From an uncultured Bacteroidota bacterium (lineage in GTDB: Bacteria > Bacteroidota > Ignavibacteria > Ignavibacteriales > Ignavibacteriaceae): a stretch of 64,000 nt of DNA. A program made the position numbers and the translations under genes. The notes beneath the pieces were generated by a model. The model worked only from the letters and a program-made list of their open reading frames with translations, was not told the origin of the DNA and searched no databases. The stretch covers positions 10,455-74,454 of the forward strand of contig CAVUCX010000072.1 in assembly GCA_963739955.1 (NCBI GenBank). The letters are read 5' to 3'. Below are positions 17,738 to 26,935 of the stretch, piece by piece (position 1 is the stretch's first letter; each line of letters opens with the position of its first letter).

Positions 17738-20700
17738 TTTCAAGTTGAAGTTTTTTATCGAAACCGTAAATACACTTCCTATTCCTTTTTCGCTTCTAAC
17801 ATTAATTTCGGCGTTATTTATTTCAGCATATTTTTTTACCAAAGCCAAACCTAAGCCTATTCCTTCAAAATGCCTTGTCATTCCCATGTCTTCCTGTGTG
17901 AAAGGATTGAACAACTCGGATATGTATTCCGAAGAAATGCCGATGCCTGTATCTTTAATTTCCACTTTTACTTTTTCATCGGTATTATAAATACGAATTG
18001 CAATCTCTCCGTCGTAGGTATATTTAAGCGCGTTATCGATTATATTGATAAATACCTGGCCCATAGAATATTTGTCGGCATATACAATGCTGCTTCCGGC
18101 CTGATTAACGTAATTTATTGAGAGACCTTTCTTTTTTGCTTTTGTGTAAAATTCCAGAAGAATGTATTCGATAAGGTCTTTGCCGAGATCAAGTTTTTCG
18201 AAATTAGCCTCAAAATTTCCCGTCTGAATTCTTGACAAATTTAAAATCAGTTCGATTGTCCTAATTAAACGCTGTGAACTGCTGTCTATAACTTGAAAAG
18301 TAGATTCCAATCCTTCGGGAAGTTTATCTTCAAACTCATCTTTTAAAACGGAAGTGTATGTCAAGATATTATTGAGAGGGGTACGTATTTCGTGCGACAT
18401 TTGAGCCAGAAATTCGGATTTTAGTTTGTCGGATTTTTCCGCATTCTCTTTAGCTATTATTAATTGCTGCTCCTGTTTTTTTCTCAACGTAATGTCTTCC
18501 TGTACGGATAAGAAATGTTTGATCTTTCCGTTCTCATCGAATATAGGTGAAATGGTTGCCGATTCCCAGTATAATTCGCCGTTCTTTTTCTTGTTGAGGA
18601 ATTCTCCTTTCCATTCTTCTCCTGATGAAAGTATTGAGCGAATTATATGTTTGCTCTTTACATTAAAATCCTCGCTAGCCAAAATAGCCGGGGTTTTCCG
18701 GATCACTTCGTTCGAATCATAACCGGTAATTTCTGAAAACTTCTGATTCACATATTCAATTTTTCCTTGAGTGTCGGTAATAATTATAGAAGCGGAGCTT
18801 TGTTTAACAGCCATCGAAAGCATTCTTATCTGTTCTTCGGCAATTTTTCTTTCAGTAATATCGCGGTAAATGCCTTGCACGGCCAGTTTACCTTTCCATA
18901 ATATTTCGGAAGCACTAACTTCAAGATATATCTTCTTTCCATGTCTTGAAATTCCGGTCATTTCATAACGGGAAGAAATGGCTGAAGTATTATAATCGGT
19001 ACGCTGCCGGTTGAATCTTCTTTCGATGTCGGCCTTGCTTTCCGGGGAAATAATTTTCATTATATCGAAGTTGGGAGATGTCGCTTCATAATCCGAATAT
19101 CCGAATAATTTTTCCCATGCTTGATTAACCATCAATAATTGTCTGCCTTGTAGAACGTAAATCGCATCAATAGAGGTTTCGATTAAAGTTCTGTAGCTCT
19201 GTTCTCTTTCTATTAATTCCTGTTCTGCATTTCTGTGCGAAGTTATGTCTCTTACGAAGCCTTCGAAATAAGAATTGGATTTATTTCGGTTTTTTACAAA
19301 TCTGAAATTTAACTGAATCCAGATAGTATCGCCGTTGAATTTTTTCCAACGGGTTTCGATATCGACCGGAAGACCGGTATTTGCGGTTTTTACTGAGAGA
19401 AGGAAAAAGTTTTCACTTTCCAGAAACACTTCCTTGGCAAGGTTTAATTTTGTAATCAGATCCGGCGATTCGCATTCTAGGATTTGCATAAAGGTAGTGT
19501 TTGCGGTTATGAGATTGCCTTCCTGATCAACCTGAAAGATTCCGGCAGGAGCAAACTCAACTATATCTTTATATTTTTGCTCGGAATCTTTTATGCTTTC
19601 CACCGCTTTTTTATATTCGGTAATATCCCGGGCAATAGAGGAGATGCTTATAATTTCGCCGGCGGAATTAATAATTGGGGAAATGGTTAATGAAACAAAA
19701 AACAGTTTGCCGTCTTTTTTCATATTAACGGTTTCAAAATTATCTATCCTGAAACCGTTCTTTAGTTTATTCAAAATTATTTCAAGTTCGTCTCTTCTTA
19801 CAGCCGGCACTAAAAACGAAAAATGTTTTCCTAAAATTTCTGCATGGGTATAGCCGTATATTAATTCGGCTCCTTTGTTCCATGAAATTATTTCGCCGTT
19901 CAGTGTCTGGCTGATAATAGCATCTTCCGATGACTCGACAATAGCTGCTAAATGAGAAACAGCCGACTCTGCTTTCTTTCGATCGGTGATATCAGTTAAT
20001 AACGCAAATGATCCTTTAATCTTTTCATTTTCATCTATTACAGGCGCGGCGCTTATTTCAACCCAGATTATTTCCCCGTTCTTTTTTTTGTACTGCAGTT
20101 CGTATTTATCTGATTTTAGTAAAAGCCTTTCCCTGTTTTTTTGCTTTACGTAATCCCAGTCTTTCTGAAGAGCAAATATCTCTAAAGATTTTTTCCCGAG
20201 AATTTCATCTGAACTGTACCCGACTATGGCGCAGAATCTTGAATTAACGAATTCAATTTTATCATTATTGTCAACTTGTATAACGCCTTCGTTCATTCTT
20301 TCGATTAATGCTCTGTACTTGAACTCGCTGTTTTTAAGATCCTTTTCAGTTCTTTTCCTCTGCGTTATATCCCTGCCTATTATTTGTAAGGCCGCCGGCT
20401 GGCTATTATTAAATACAAGCGAGGCATTTATTTCAAGATTAAAAATTCTGCCGTCTCTGGCTTTCAACTCTATTTCGGAAATTTCGGTTATCGGGTTTTT
20501 ATCTTTTAATTCGTCTATTAAACCGAAAATAATTTCCATGTTTTCGGCAGGAATAAATTCCGAAATATTATAAGTATTAATTTCGAAATGAGGAATGTCC
20601 AGAAGTTTCAAAGCGGCCGGATTAGCATCTATTATATTGCCCAGGAAATCGTGGACAAATACAAGATAAAAGGAATTATGTAAAAGCGCCTTATACCTTT

Positions 20701-21100
20701 CCTCGCTTTCCTTGACTTTTATTTCCGCATTAAATTTAAAAAGTGCCATTTCGATTGTACCATATAGCTCTTTTTCATCGAAAGGTTTAACTATATATCC
20801 GAACGGTTCGGTTATTTTTGCGCGTGTTAAAATTTTATCGTCGGAATATGCCGTTAAATAAATGATGGGAATATCGAATAATTCTTTTATTAAAGCTGCA
20901 GTCTCAATACCGTCTAAATTCCCGTCAAGCCGGATATCCATTAAAACAAGATCGGGCATGTTATGCTTTATAAAATCGATGGCTTTTTCCCCGGTAGAAA
21001 ATTTCCCTGCAATTTCATAGTTGCGATTCAATAAAGCATTTTCCAAATGTTTACTGACAATTGCTTCATCTTCTACTATTAAAATTCTATTTTTATACAT
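17732..21100 (-). CDS. Hybrid sensor kinase: N-terminal REC + about 6 PAS domains + HisKA + HATPase
   Basis: REC: ILIVEDE..LVLMDIRL..KPF. Repeated PAS endings (DITQRK, DITDRK, DITEYK, DITSHR, DITERK, DITLRK). H-box FLAQMSHEIRTPLNNI. HATPase: DTGIGIS..GIGLGLALV. Confidence 0.9.
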   Translation of the reverse strand: MYKNRILIVEDEAIVSKHLENALLNRNYEIAGKFSTGEKAIDFIKHNMPDLVLMDIRLDGNLDGIETAALIKELFDIPIIYLTAYSDDKILTRAKITEPFGYIVKPFDEKELYGTIEMALFKFNAEIKVKESEERYKALLHNSFYLVFVHDFLGNIIDANPAALKLLDIPHFEINTYNISEFIPAENMEIIFGLIDELKDKNPITEISEIELKARDGRIFNLEINASLVFNNSQPAALQIIGRDITQRKRTEKDLKNSEFKYRALIERMNEGVIQVDNNDKIEFVNSRFCAIVGYSSDEILGKKSLEIFALQKDWDYVKQKNRERLLLKSDKYELQYKKKNGEIIWVEISAAPVIDENEKIKGSFALLTDITDRKKAESAVSHLAAIVESSEDAIISQTLNGEIISWNKGAELIYGYTHAEILGKHFSFLVPAVRRDELEIILNKLKNGFRIDNFETVNMKKDGKLFFVSLTISPIINSAGEIISISSIARDITEYKKAVESIKDSEQKYKDIVEFAPAGIFQVDQEGNLITANTTFMQILECESPDLITKLNLAKEVFLESENFFLLSVKTANTGLPVDIETRWKKFNGDTIWIQLNFRFVKNRNKSNSYFEGFVRDITSHRNAEQELIEREQSYRTLIETSIDAIYVLQGRQLLMVNQAWEKLFGYSDYEATSPNFDIMKIISPESKADIERRFNRQRTDYNTSAISSRYEMTGISRHGKKIYLEVSASEILWKGKLAVQGIYRDITERKIAEEQIRMLSMAVKQSSASIIITDTQGKIEYVNQKFSEITGYDSNEVIRKTPAILASEDFNVKSKHIIRSILSSGEEWKGEFLNKKKNGELYWESATISPIFDENGKIKHFLSVQEDITLRKKQEQQLIIAKENAEKSDKLKSEFLAQMSHEIRTPLNNILTYTSVLKDEFEDKLPEGLESTFQVIDSSSQRLIRTIELILNLSRIQTGNFEANFEKLDLGKDLIEYILLEFYTKAKKKGLSINYVNQAGSSIVYADKYSMGQVFINIIDNALKYTYDGEIAIRIYNTDEKVKVEIKDTGIGISSEYISELFNPFTQEDMGMTRHFEGIGLGLALVKKYAEINNAEINVRSEKGIGSVFTVSIKNFNLKL

Positions 21101-21194
21101 TAAAGTATATCGAGTCCGGGTTATTAAAATTAATACGATTTTATCCGGGTAATTTCCGGGGTTAATCCAGCACTAAAAATATTTAAAGGATGAA

Positions 21195-23930
21195 CTATTC
21201 TTTATATTTATGAATAGTAAAAGTAAAGGAACTGCCTTTTCCCACCTCGCTCTTTACCCAAATCTTTCCGCCTTGTTTTTCCAGCAGTTCTTTACAGATT
21301 GTCAGGCCGAGGCCGGTTCCGCTTTCGCGGTCGGTTCCTATAGTTGTATGCTGGGTATCTATCCTGAAAAGTTTGCCCATGTCTTCTTCAGAAATTCCTA
21401 TACCAGTATCGCATACTGTTACTTCAATATTTTCGCCTGCTTCTTCGGAACGAATTCTTATTTCTCCTCCGGTATTAGTAAACTTAATGGCGTTGGTAAT
21501 TAAGTTCTGCAGTGTCGAGTTCAAAATATTTAAATCGGTATAAACCAGCAGGGTATCATTGATTTCATTCACTAATTTTATGTTTTTCTTTGACGCATTG
21601 CCGTTGAGCAGATTAATGTTATATAATATTTCTTCCTGCAGATCTGCTTTTACGGGCTTAAGATCGATCTTTCCGGTTTGTATTCTCGACCATTGAAGTA
21701 AATTCTCCAGCAGATTGAAAAGATTCTTTGTCGAATTATGAATGTTTGATGCAAACAGCTTAATCTCATCAACCGACAGGTTGTCAAATTCTTCTACAAG
21801 TATATTCGACAACCCTAATAATCCCTGAAAAGGGCTTCTTAAATCATGGGAAATAATCGAGAAAAATTTATCTTTGTTTGCGTTTAATTCCTCTAATTCA
21901 ATAGTATATTTTTTTACTGCTTCTTCCGCGGCTTTTCTTTCAGAGATATCAAAAGCTAATCCTATTAATCCTATTATTTTTCCGCTTTCATCCTTTAGAG
22001 GAACTTTGCTTGTGCCTACAAAAATTAATTTATCGTGATCGTACATCTGATCTTCATAGATAAAAACAACTTCGCCGGAGTTTATAACTTTCAAGTCATC
22101 TTCTCTGAATTTCTCCGCGATAGTTTTTGGGAAAAGTTCAAAGTCCGTTTTGCCGATCAGATCATCTTTCGAAAATCCCACCGCGTCGCAAAATTTCTGG
22201 TTTGCCGTTATATATCTGGTATTGCTGTCTTTAAAGAACGCGTAAGCTGGAAGCGTATCAAGCAAAGTTGTAACTTCGCGCTGTCTTCTTCTTAATTCAC
22301 GTTCAACTCTTTTTCTCTCCGAAATATCCCTGATTACTACTTGAAAGGCGTCTTCATTCTGATATAGAATTTTATTGGCGGTTAGTTCAACGCTAATTAA
22401 AGTATTATCCAGCCTTTTAATTTGTCTTTCGTGAAGCGGTACGTTTGAATCGTCTTCGGAAATATTTTTTACTCTGGCTTTTGCTACATCTATGGAGTGA
22501 GGGTAAAATAAATTGGTAATTGAAAGACCTATTAATTCATTTTCATCCTGAGCGCCGAATAGTTTGATTCCCGCGTCGTTCGCGAAAATGACTTTTCCTT
22601 TTTTATAAACAATTATGGCATCAGGAGACATCTCAACCAGCAGGCGGTATCTTTTTTCGCTTTCAAACAGCGCCGTCTCAATATTTTTCCGTTCCGTGAT
22701 GTCCCTTGAAATACAGTGAAAGCCTACAAGTTCCGTATTATTATAAAGCAGATTTGTGTTTTGACCGTACCACTTTATTTCGCCTACTTTTGTCATAATA
22801 GGATATTCAATGTAAGCGTGAGTTTTATTATTAGAAGTAAGTTTATGATAGAAATTTTGCACTTCTTTTTTATGATCCGGTAAAATTAAATCATAATAGC
22901 CGATTTGTTGTATTTCCTGATTTGTATAACCTGTATTAGTTGAAGCAGCATCGTTAACAAATGATATATTTCCTTTTAGATCCAAAGTAAATATAACATC
23001 TACCGCATTTTCAATAACTTGTTTGTACTTTCGGGCCGATTCGGCAAGAGCCATTTCCATCGATTTACTTTTTACTTCAAGCTCAAGCCGTTCAAGCGCG
23101 TAAGTAATATCCTGCACAATGCTTTTAAATAATTTAGTTTCTTCTTCTTCAAGATACCGGCTTTTAATTATTATACCGATTATGCCGAAAATTTTTTTGC
23201 TGAGTTCTAATTTAATAAATATCGTTTTTTTGTCGTTATTCATCTCCAGCGGGGTTCCGTTTTCCTGTATAATTCCGTCTGACGTAATCGCTTTTCTGAA
23301 CCATTGAGGAAATTCAATCTTATTAAGACTTTGTACAATTTCCGAAAATTTAATGCCGAAACCTTTTTCGGCTGTTTCGGTTACATTATTCATTTCATCC
23401 AACAAAATGATAAAAGAACTTAAATATTCAGGTATAATTGAAAATGTATCGCATATCTTCGAAATTAATTCCGATCTATCGCGGCTTCTGTTTATGAGTT
23501 TATTTATTCTGTTGGAGATGTCCAGCATTAAACTAATTCTGTTTCTCTTTTTCTCCATCCTGTCGTGATATATTGCCATTTCTATGGTGGCATACAACTC
23601 GCGCTCGTTAAAAGGCTTTAGGATATAACCGAAAGGAAGGGATTCTTTGGCGCGTTCAAGCATATACTCATTAAGGTATGCGGTCAAAAACACAATCGGT
23701 ATATCGTAATGCGTCTTTAGATATACTGCCGCTTCTGTGCCTGACATTTCGCTGTTAAGTACTATATCCATAAGTACAAGATTAATGTCTTTGTTTTTTA
23801 CGGCTTCAATTGCATCCTCACCGGTCGTTACTATTCCAACAACCGTATAACCCCGGTCTTCCAGAATCAGTTTTATCGATTCCGCAATTTCAGCTTCGTC
23901 TTCTACAATTAAAATTTTTGTACGCTTCAT
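21195..23930 (-). CDS. Hybrid sensor kinase: N-terminal REC + GAF-like region + 3-4 PAS + HisKA + HATPase
   Basis: REC: ILIVEDEAEI..LVLMDIVL..KPF. PAS endings DITERK and DISERK. H-box FFSIISHDLRSPF. HATPase: DTGIGISEED..GTGLGLTIC. Confidence 0.9.
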   Translation of the reverse strand: MKRTKILIVEDEAEIAESIKLILEDRGYTVVGIVTTGEDAIEAVKNKDINLVLMDIVLNSEMSGTEAAVYLKTHYDIPIVFLTAYLNEYMLERAKESLPFGYILKPFNERELYATIEMAIYHDRMEKKRNRISLMLDISNRINKLINRSRDRSELISKICDTFSIIPEYLSSFIILLDEMNNVTETAEKGFGIKFSEIVQSLNKIEFPQWFRKAITSDGIIQENGTPLEMNNDKKTIFIKLELSKKIFGIIGIIIKSRYLEEEETKLFKSIVQDITYALERLELEVKSKSMEMALAESARKYKQVIENAVDVIFTLDLKGNISFVNDAASTNTGYTNQEIQQIGYYDLILPDHKKEVQNFYHKLTSNNKTHAYIEYPIMTKVGEIKWYGQNTNLLYNNTELVGFHCISRDITERKNIETALFESEKRYRLLVEMSPDAIIVYKKGKVIFANDAGIKLFGAQDENELIGLSITNLFYPHSIDVAKARVKNISEDDSNVPLHERQIKRLDNTLISVELTANKILYQNEDAFQVVIRDISERKRVERELRRRQREVTTLLDTLPAYAFFKDSNTRYITANQKFCDAVGFSKDDLIGKTDFELFPKTIAEKFREDDLKVINSGEVVFIYEDQMYDHDKLIFVGTSKVPLKDESGKIIGLIGLAFDISERKAAEEAVKKYTIELEELNANKDKFFSIISHDLRSPFQGLLGLSNILVEEFDNLSVDEIKLFASNIHNSTKNLFNLLENLLQWSRIQTGKIDLKPVKADLQEEILYNINLLNGNASKKNIKLVNEINDTLLVYTDLNILNSTLQNLITNAIKFTNTGGEIRIRSEEAGENIEVTVCDTGIGISEEDMGKLFRIDTQHTTIGTDRESGTGLGLTICKELLEKQGGKIWVKSEVGKGSSFTFTIHKYKE

Positions 23931-24050
23931 TTTTTCCCCGTTTGGAAAAACAATATATTGCTAAGCAAGCTTAACAATCTCTGACATAAATTTAAGTAAT
24001 TATTCCCGTTTTTCAATAAAATCTCTTTTACTTAACATAAAACCAAATAA

Positions 24051-25886
24051 TTATACTTGCTTCTGAAAAATCTCTTCTGTAGGAACGGTAAAGCTGAATG
24101 TTGTACCGCTGCCGACGCTGCTCTTAACCCATATTTTGCCGCTGTTTTTTTCAACTAATTCTTTACATAAAATCAAACCCAGCCCAGAACCGCTTTCTTG
24201 CGCAGTACCCAGCGTGGTTGAATTGGTTTCTATATGAAAAAGCTTTTTAGTCATTTCTTCGGACATGCCGATGCCGTTATCGGCAATTGAAACCTCTATA
24301 AAATTATCGGCATCTTTATCCGAAATTTCAATGCAGCCGTTTTCATTTGTAAATTTCAATGCGTTGGAGATAAGATTTTGAATAACGGACGTGATCATAT
24401 TTTCATCCGCAAATATCATTGTACTCATTCTTATTTCATTATGAAGGACTATATTCTTCCTTATTAAATTTCCCTTCAGAACTTCGAATACATCGTTAAC
24501 TATTTTGTTTAAAGGAATTAATTTCGGAACAAAATCTATTCTTCCCGTTTGCAGCCTTGACCATTGTAAAAGCCTGTCGACTAAATTCAGTACATTTTTG
24601 GAAGTATTGTAAATATTCTGACTGAAATAAACTATTTCTTCTTTTGATAATGTATTTATATCATTAACCAAAATGTCCGAAAGCCCGATAAGTGAACTGA
24701 ATGGACTTCTTAAGTCATGGGAGATTATCGAAAAGAATTTATCCTTGTTTTCATTCAGTTCTTTTAACTGTTGTTCCGATTGGTAAAGTTTGACATTTAG
24801 CTCAACCAGTTCCTCCGCATTTTGTTCAAGCAGATCCTGATTTACTTGAAGCTCTTCGATGTAACGTCCAACTTCTTCATCCGTCTTTTTACGCTCCGTA
24901 ATATCGCTTATTACACTTACTATCGCAATTGTATTGCCATCTTCGTTTTTTACCGGGGATCCCGAAACCTGTACTATAATTTCGGACCCGTTTTTCGTAT
25001 TATGCAAAATCTCGCCGGACCAGCCATCGCGAAGCAAATATCCGAATATTTCACGGACCCGTTGCTGCTGTATTCTCTTCGAATATATTTTCTCTATATC
25101 TTTGCCTATCATCTCTTCTTCTGAATACTTATATATTCTCTTGAAGGCTTCGTTTATAAAAAGGACTTTATTTTCACAATCGGTTATAACTACACATTCA
25201 TTGATTGATTTAATTGCCTGGCCGAGCACCTTTAGTTCATATTCCGATTTTAATTTTATAGCAAGCTCTTTTTTAGTACTTCTGTAAAAGACGATTAAGA
25301 AAACTATTGCAAAGAATAATGCCAAAAAGAGAATTACCGAATTCGTTATTTCTAAATTTTCAATTTGAATTGACAACTCGTTAACCGTCGTATTTTCTGA
25401 ATGAATAATATTTTCGACGATATTATGCAGATCACCGGTATTGCTCTTTGCTTTTACCATAATCTGAAGCGCAATTGGCGCAATTAAAGTATTATTTTTA
25501 ATCTTTGTATAAGTTGAGTCGTAGTAATCGAATGAGCTATTTATTTTTTTACCAAGCAATGCAACGTTTTTAACGGTTAAAGGATCGTCCTTGAGCAGAA
25601 CAATCAGTTTCCTGATATTTTTTAACTGTTCGCTCTTTAAAAAATCTAAGTCCTTAATTTTTTCATAATCCCGCGTAATTAAAAAGTCATTGAATAATTC
25701 CAGAGCCTGATATTGATATGAGATCGAAGTTTCGAGCAGATCCAAACTGATGCGCGAATTATATATGCGGTTATTATATTGATCTTCTTTAGATTTTACA
25801 ATAAAAAACCAGAATCCTATCAAACAAACAAACAGGATCGACAATGTAAAATTTATTGTGAGTTTATTTTGAATTCCCAGTTTCAT
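24051..25886 (-). CDS. Membrane sensor histidine kinase (extracytoplasmic helical domain, TM, PAS, coiled coil, HisKA, HATPase)
   Basis: There are two hydrophobic segments, one near the N-terminus and VILFLALFFAIVFLIVF. One PAS domain (..DITERK). The H-box FFSIISHDLRSPF is nearly identical to that of the neighbouring 21195-23930 kinase. HATPase: DNGIGMSEE..GSGLGLILC. Confidence 0.9.
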   Translation of the reverse strand: MKLGIQNKLTINFTLSILFVCLIGFWFFIVKSKEDQYNNRIYNSRISLDLLETSISYQYQALELFNDFLITRDYEKIKDLDFLKSEQLKNIRKLIVLLKDDPLTVKNVALLGKKINSSFDYYDSTYTKIKNNTLIAPIALQIMVKAKSNTGDLHNIVENIIHSENTTVNELSIQIENLEITNSVILFLALFFAIVFLIVFYRSTKKELAIKLKSEYELKVLGQAIKSINECVVITDCENKVLFINEAFKRIYKYSEEEMIGKDIEKIYSKRIQQQRVREIFGYLLRDGWSGEILHNTKNGSEIIVQVSGSPVKNEDGNTIAIVSVISDITERKKTDEEVGRYIEELQVNQDLLEQNAEELVELNVKLYQSEQQLKELNENKDKFFSIISHDLRSPFSSLIGLSDILVNDINTLSKEEIVYFSQNIYNTSKNVLNLVDRLLQWSRLQTGRIDFVPKLIPLNKIVNDVFEVLKGNLIRKNIVLHNEIRMSTMIFADENMITSVIQNLISNALKFTNENGCIEISDKDADNFIEVSIADNGIGMSEEMTKKLFHIETNSTTLGTAQESGSGLGLILCKELVEKNSGKIWVKSSVGSGTTFSFTVPTEEIFQKQV

Positions 25887-26143
25887 TTTATCTCTAATAA
25901 ATGAAATTATATCACTCTAAAAGTGTATTCAACGACCTTCAAAAAAATATTAACTGATTGAACTGCGATGAAAAAGAAAATTAACTTTATGTTTTTTTAA
26001 TCTGAATTAGGGTAACTTGTTTAATCATAAATCATTAGCAATTATAATACCAGAATCGACGAAAAATGAGGAATAAAAAAATCAATTTTTTTAATATTAA
26101 GGAGGTTTTTTCCAATAATACAAAAATTCACTAAGCCATGTTT

Positions 26144-26162
26144 GGCTATTATTAGCCATATT
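26144..26162. repeat. 19-nt near-palindrome TTGGCTATTATTAGCCATA (copy 2, reverse complement of 8547-8565)
   Basis: Exact reverse-complement match to copy 1. It lies in the 436-nt divergent intergenic region between a kinase and cheW. Confidence 0.6.
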
Positions 26163-26237
26163 TGCAATATTGAATAATTCGGCAGACGGCGAAGGTACGA
26201 AATCGATGCAACAATATTTTATTTTTTAATACGGAGC

Positions 26238-26264
26238 TAAAATATTTTTTTTTACTTACGATAA
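26238..26264 (+). promoter_or_regulatory. sigma28-like promoter candidate upstream of cheW
   Basis: TAAA (26238-26241), a 15-nt spacer, then TACGATAA (26257-26264). It lies 59 nt upstream of the ATG. Confidence 0.4.
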
Positions 26265-26322
26265 TTAAAATGGAATAATTGTTTTATTTTCAAACTTACT
26301 GCTAAAATTTAGGAGAAAAGTA

Positions 26323-26808
26323 ATGGCAACTTTGGAAGAAGAGAAAAAAGAATCTTCGGAATTGCTTCAATTGGTCAGCTTTACTATAGGGAATGAAGAA
26401 TTTGGCGTGGACATTCTGTTCGTGCAGGAAATTAATCGAATGTTTCAGATTACAAAAGTACCGAACGCGCCTGCCTTTGTTGACGGTGTGGTTAACTTAA
26501 GAGGCCGTGTTATTCCGGTAATCGATTTAAGAACCAGGTTAGGAATGCCCAGGAAAGAACATGATAAAAATACGAGGATTGTGGTTGTTGAAGTTGCCGG
26601 AAATACCGTCGGTTTTATTGTTGATGCCGTAAAGGAAGTATTAAGAATACCAAAAGAAATAACAGAAGCTCCTCCGGAAATTGTTTCCGGTGTAAACTCG
26701 GATTTTATTATGGCTGTTGGTAAGCTTGAAGACCGCTTGATTACCCTTATTGATCTCGAAAAAGTGCTATCCACTCACGAGAAAAATGAACTTCAAGAAG
26801 TCGATTAA
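26323..26808 (+). CDS. cheW: Chemotaxis coupling protein CheW (copy 1)
   Basis: 161 aa, a single CheW domain: LVSFTIGNEEFGVDILFVQEI..VPNAPAFVDGVVNLRGRVIPVIDLR..VGFIVDAV. AGGAG lies upstream of the start. Confidence 0.9.
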   Translation: MATLEEEKKESSELLQLVSFTIGNEEFGVDILFVQEINRMFQITKVPNAPAFVDGVVNLRGRVIPVIDLRTRLGMPRKEHDKNTRIVVVEVAGNTVGFIVDAVKEVLRIPKEITEAPPEIVSGVNSDFIMAVGKLEDRLITLIDLEKVLSTHEKNELQEVD

Positions 26809-26935
26809 TTCTAAATAATATTAAAGAAGACTATTCCGGTATTTGGGGCATATTATCTAAATACAAATCTTTAAATTATTCCGGGTAATTTATTACCTCC
26901 GCTATATGTAATTATATCCTGAAAGACAATATGAT

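Noticed and set aside
21139-21165. The 12-mer TCCGGGTAATTT is shared between 21145-21156 and 26880-26891, alongside CCGGG(G)T repeats at 21135-21141, 21146-21152 and 21157-21164.
   Set aside because: A 12-nt match is expected many times by chance in 64 kb of AT-rich DNA, and the similarity does not extend further.
23931-23950. Hairpin TTTTTCC-CCGTTT-GGAAAAA between the two minus-strand kinases, considered as a terminator.
   Set aside because: The stem is almost all A/T with two GC pairs. It directly abuts the start codon of 21195-23930, and on the transcribed strand no U-run follows it.
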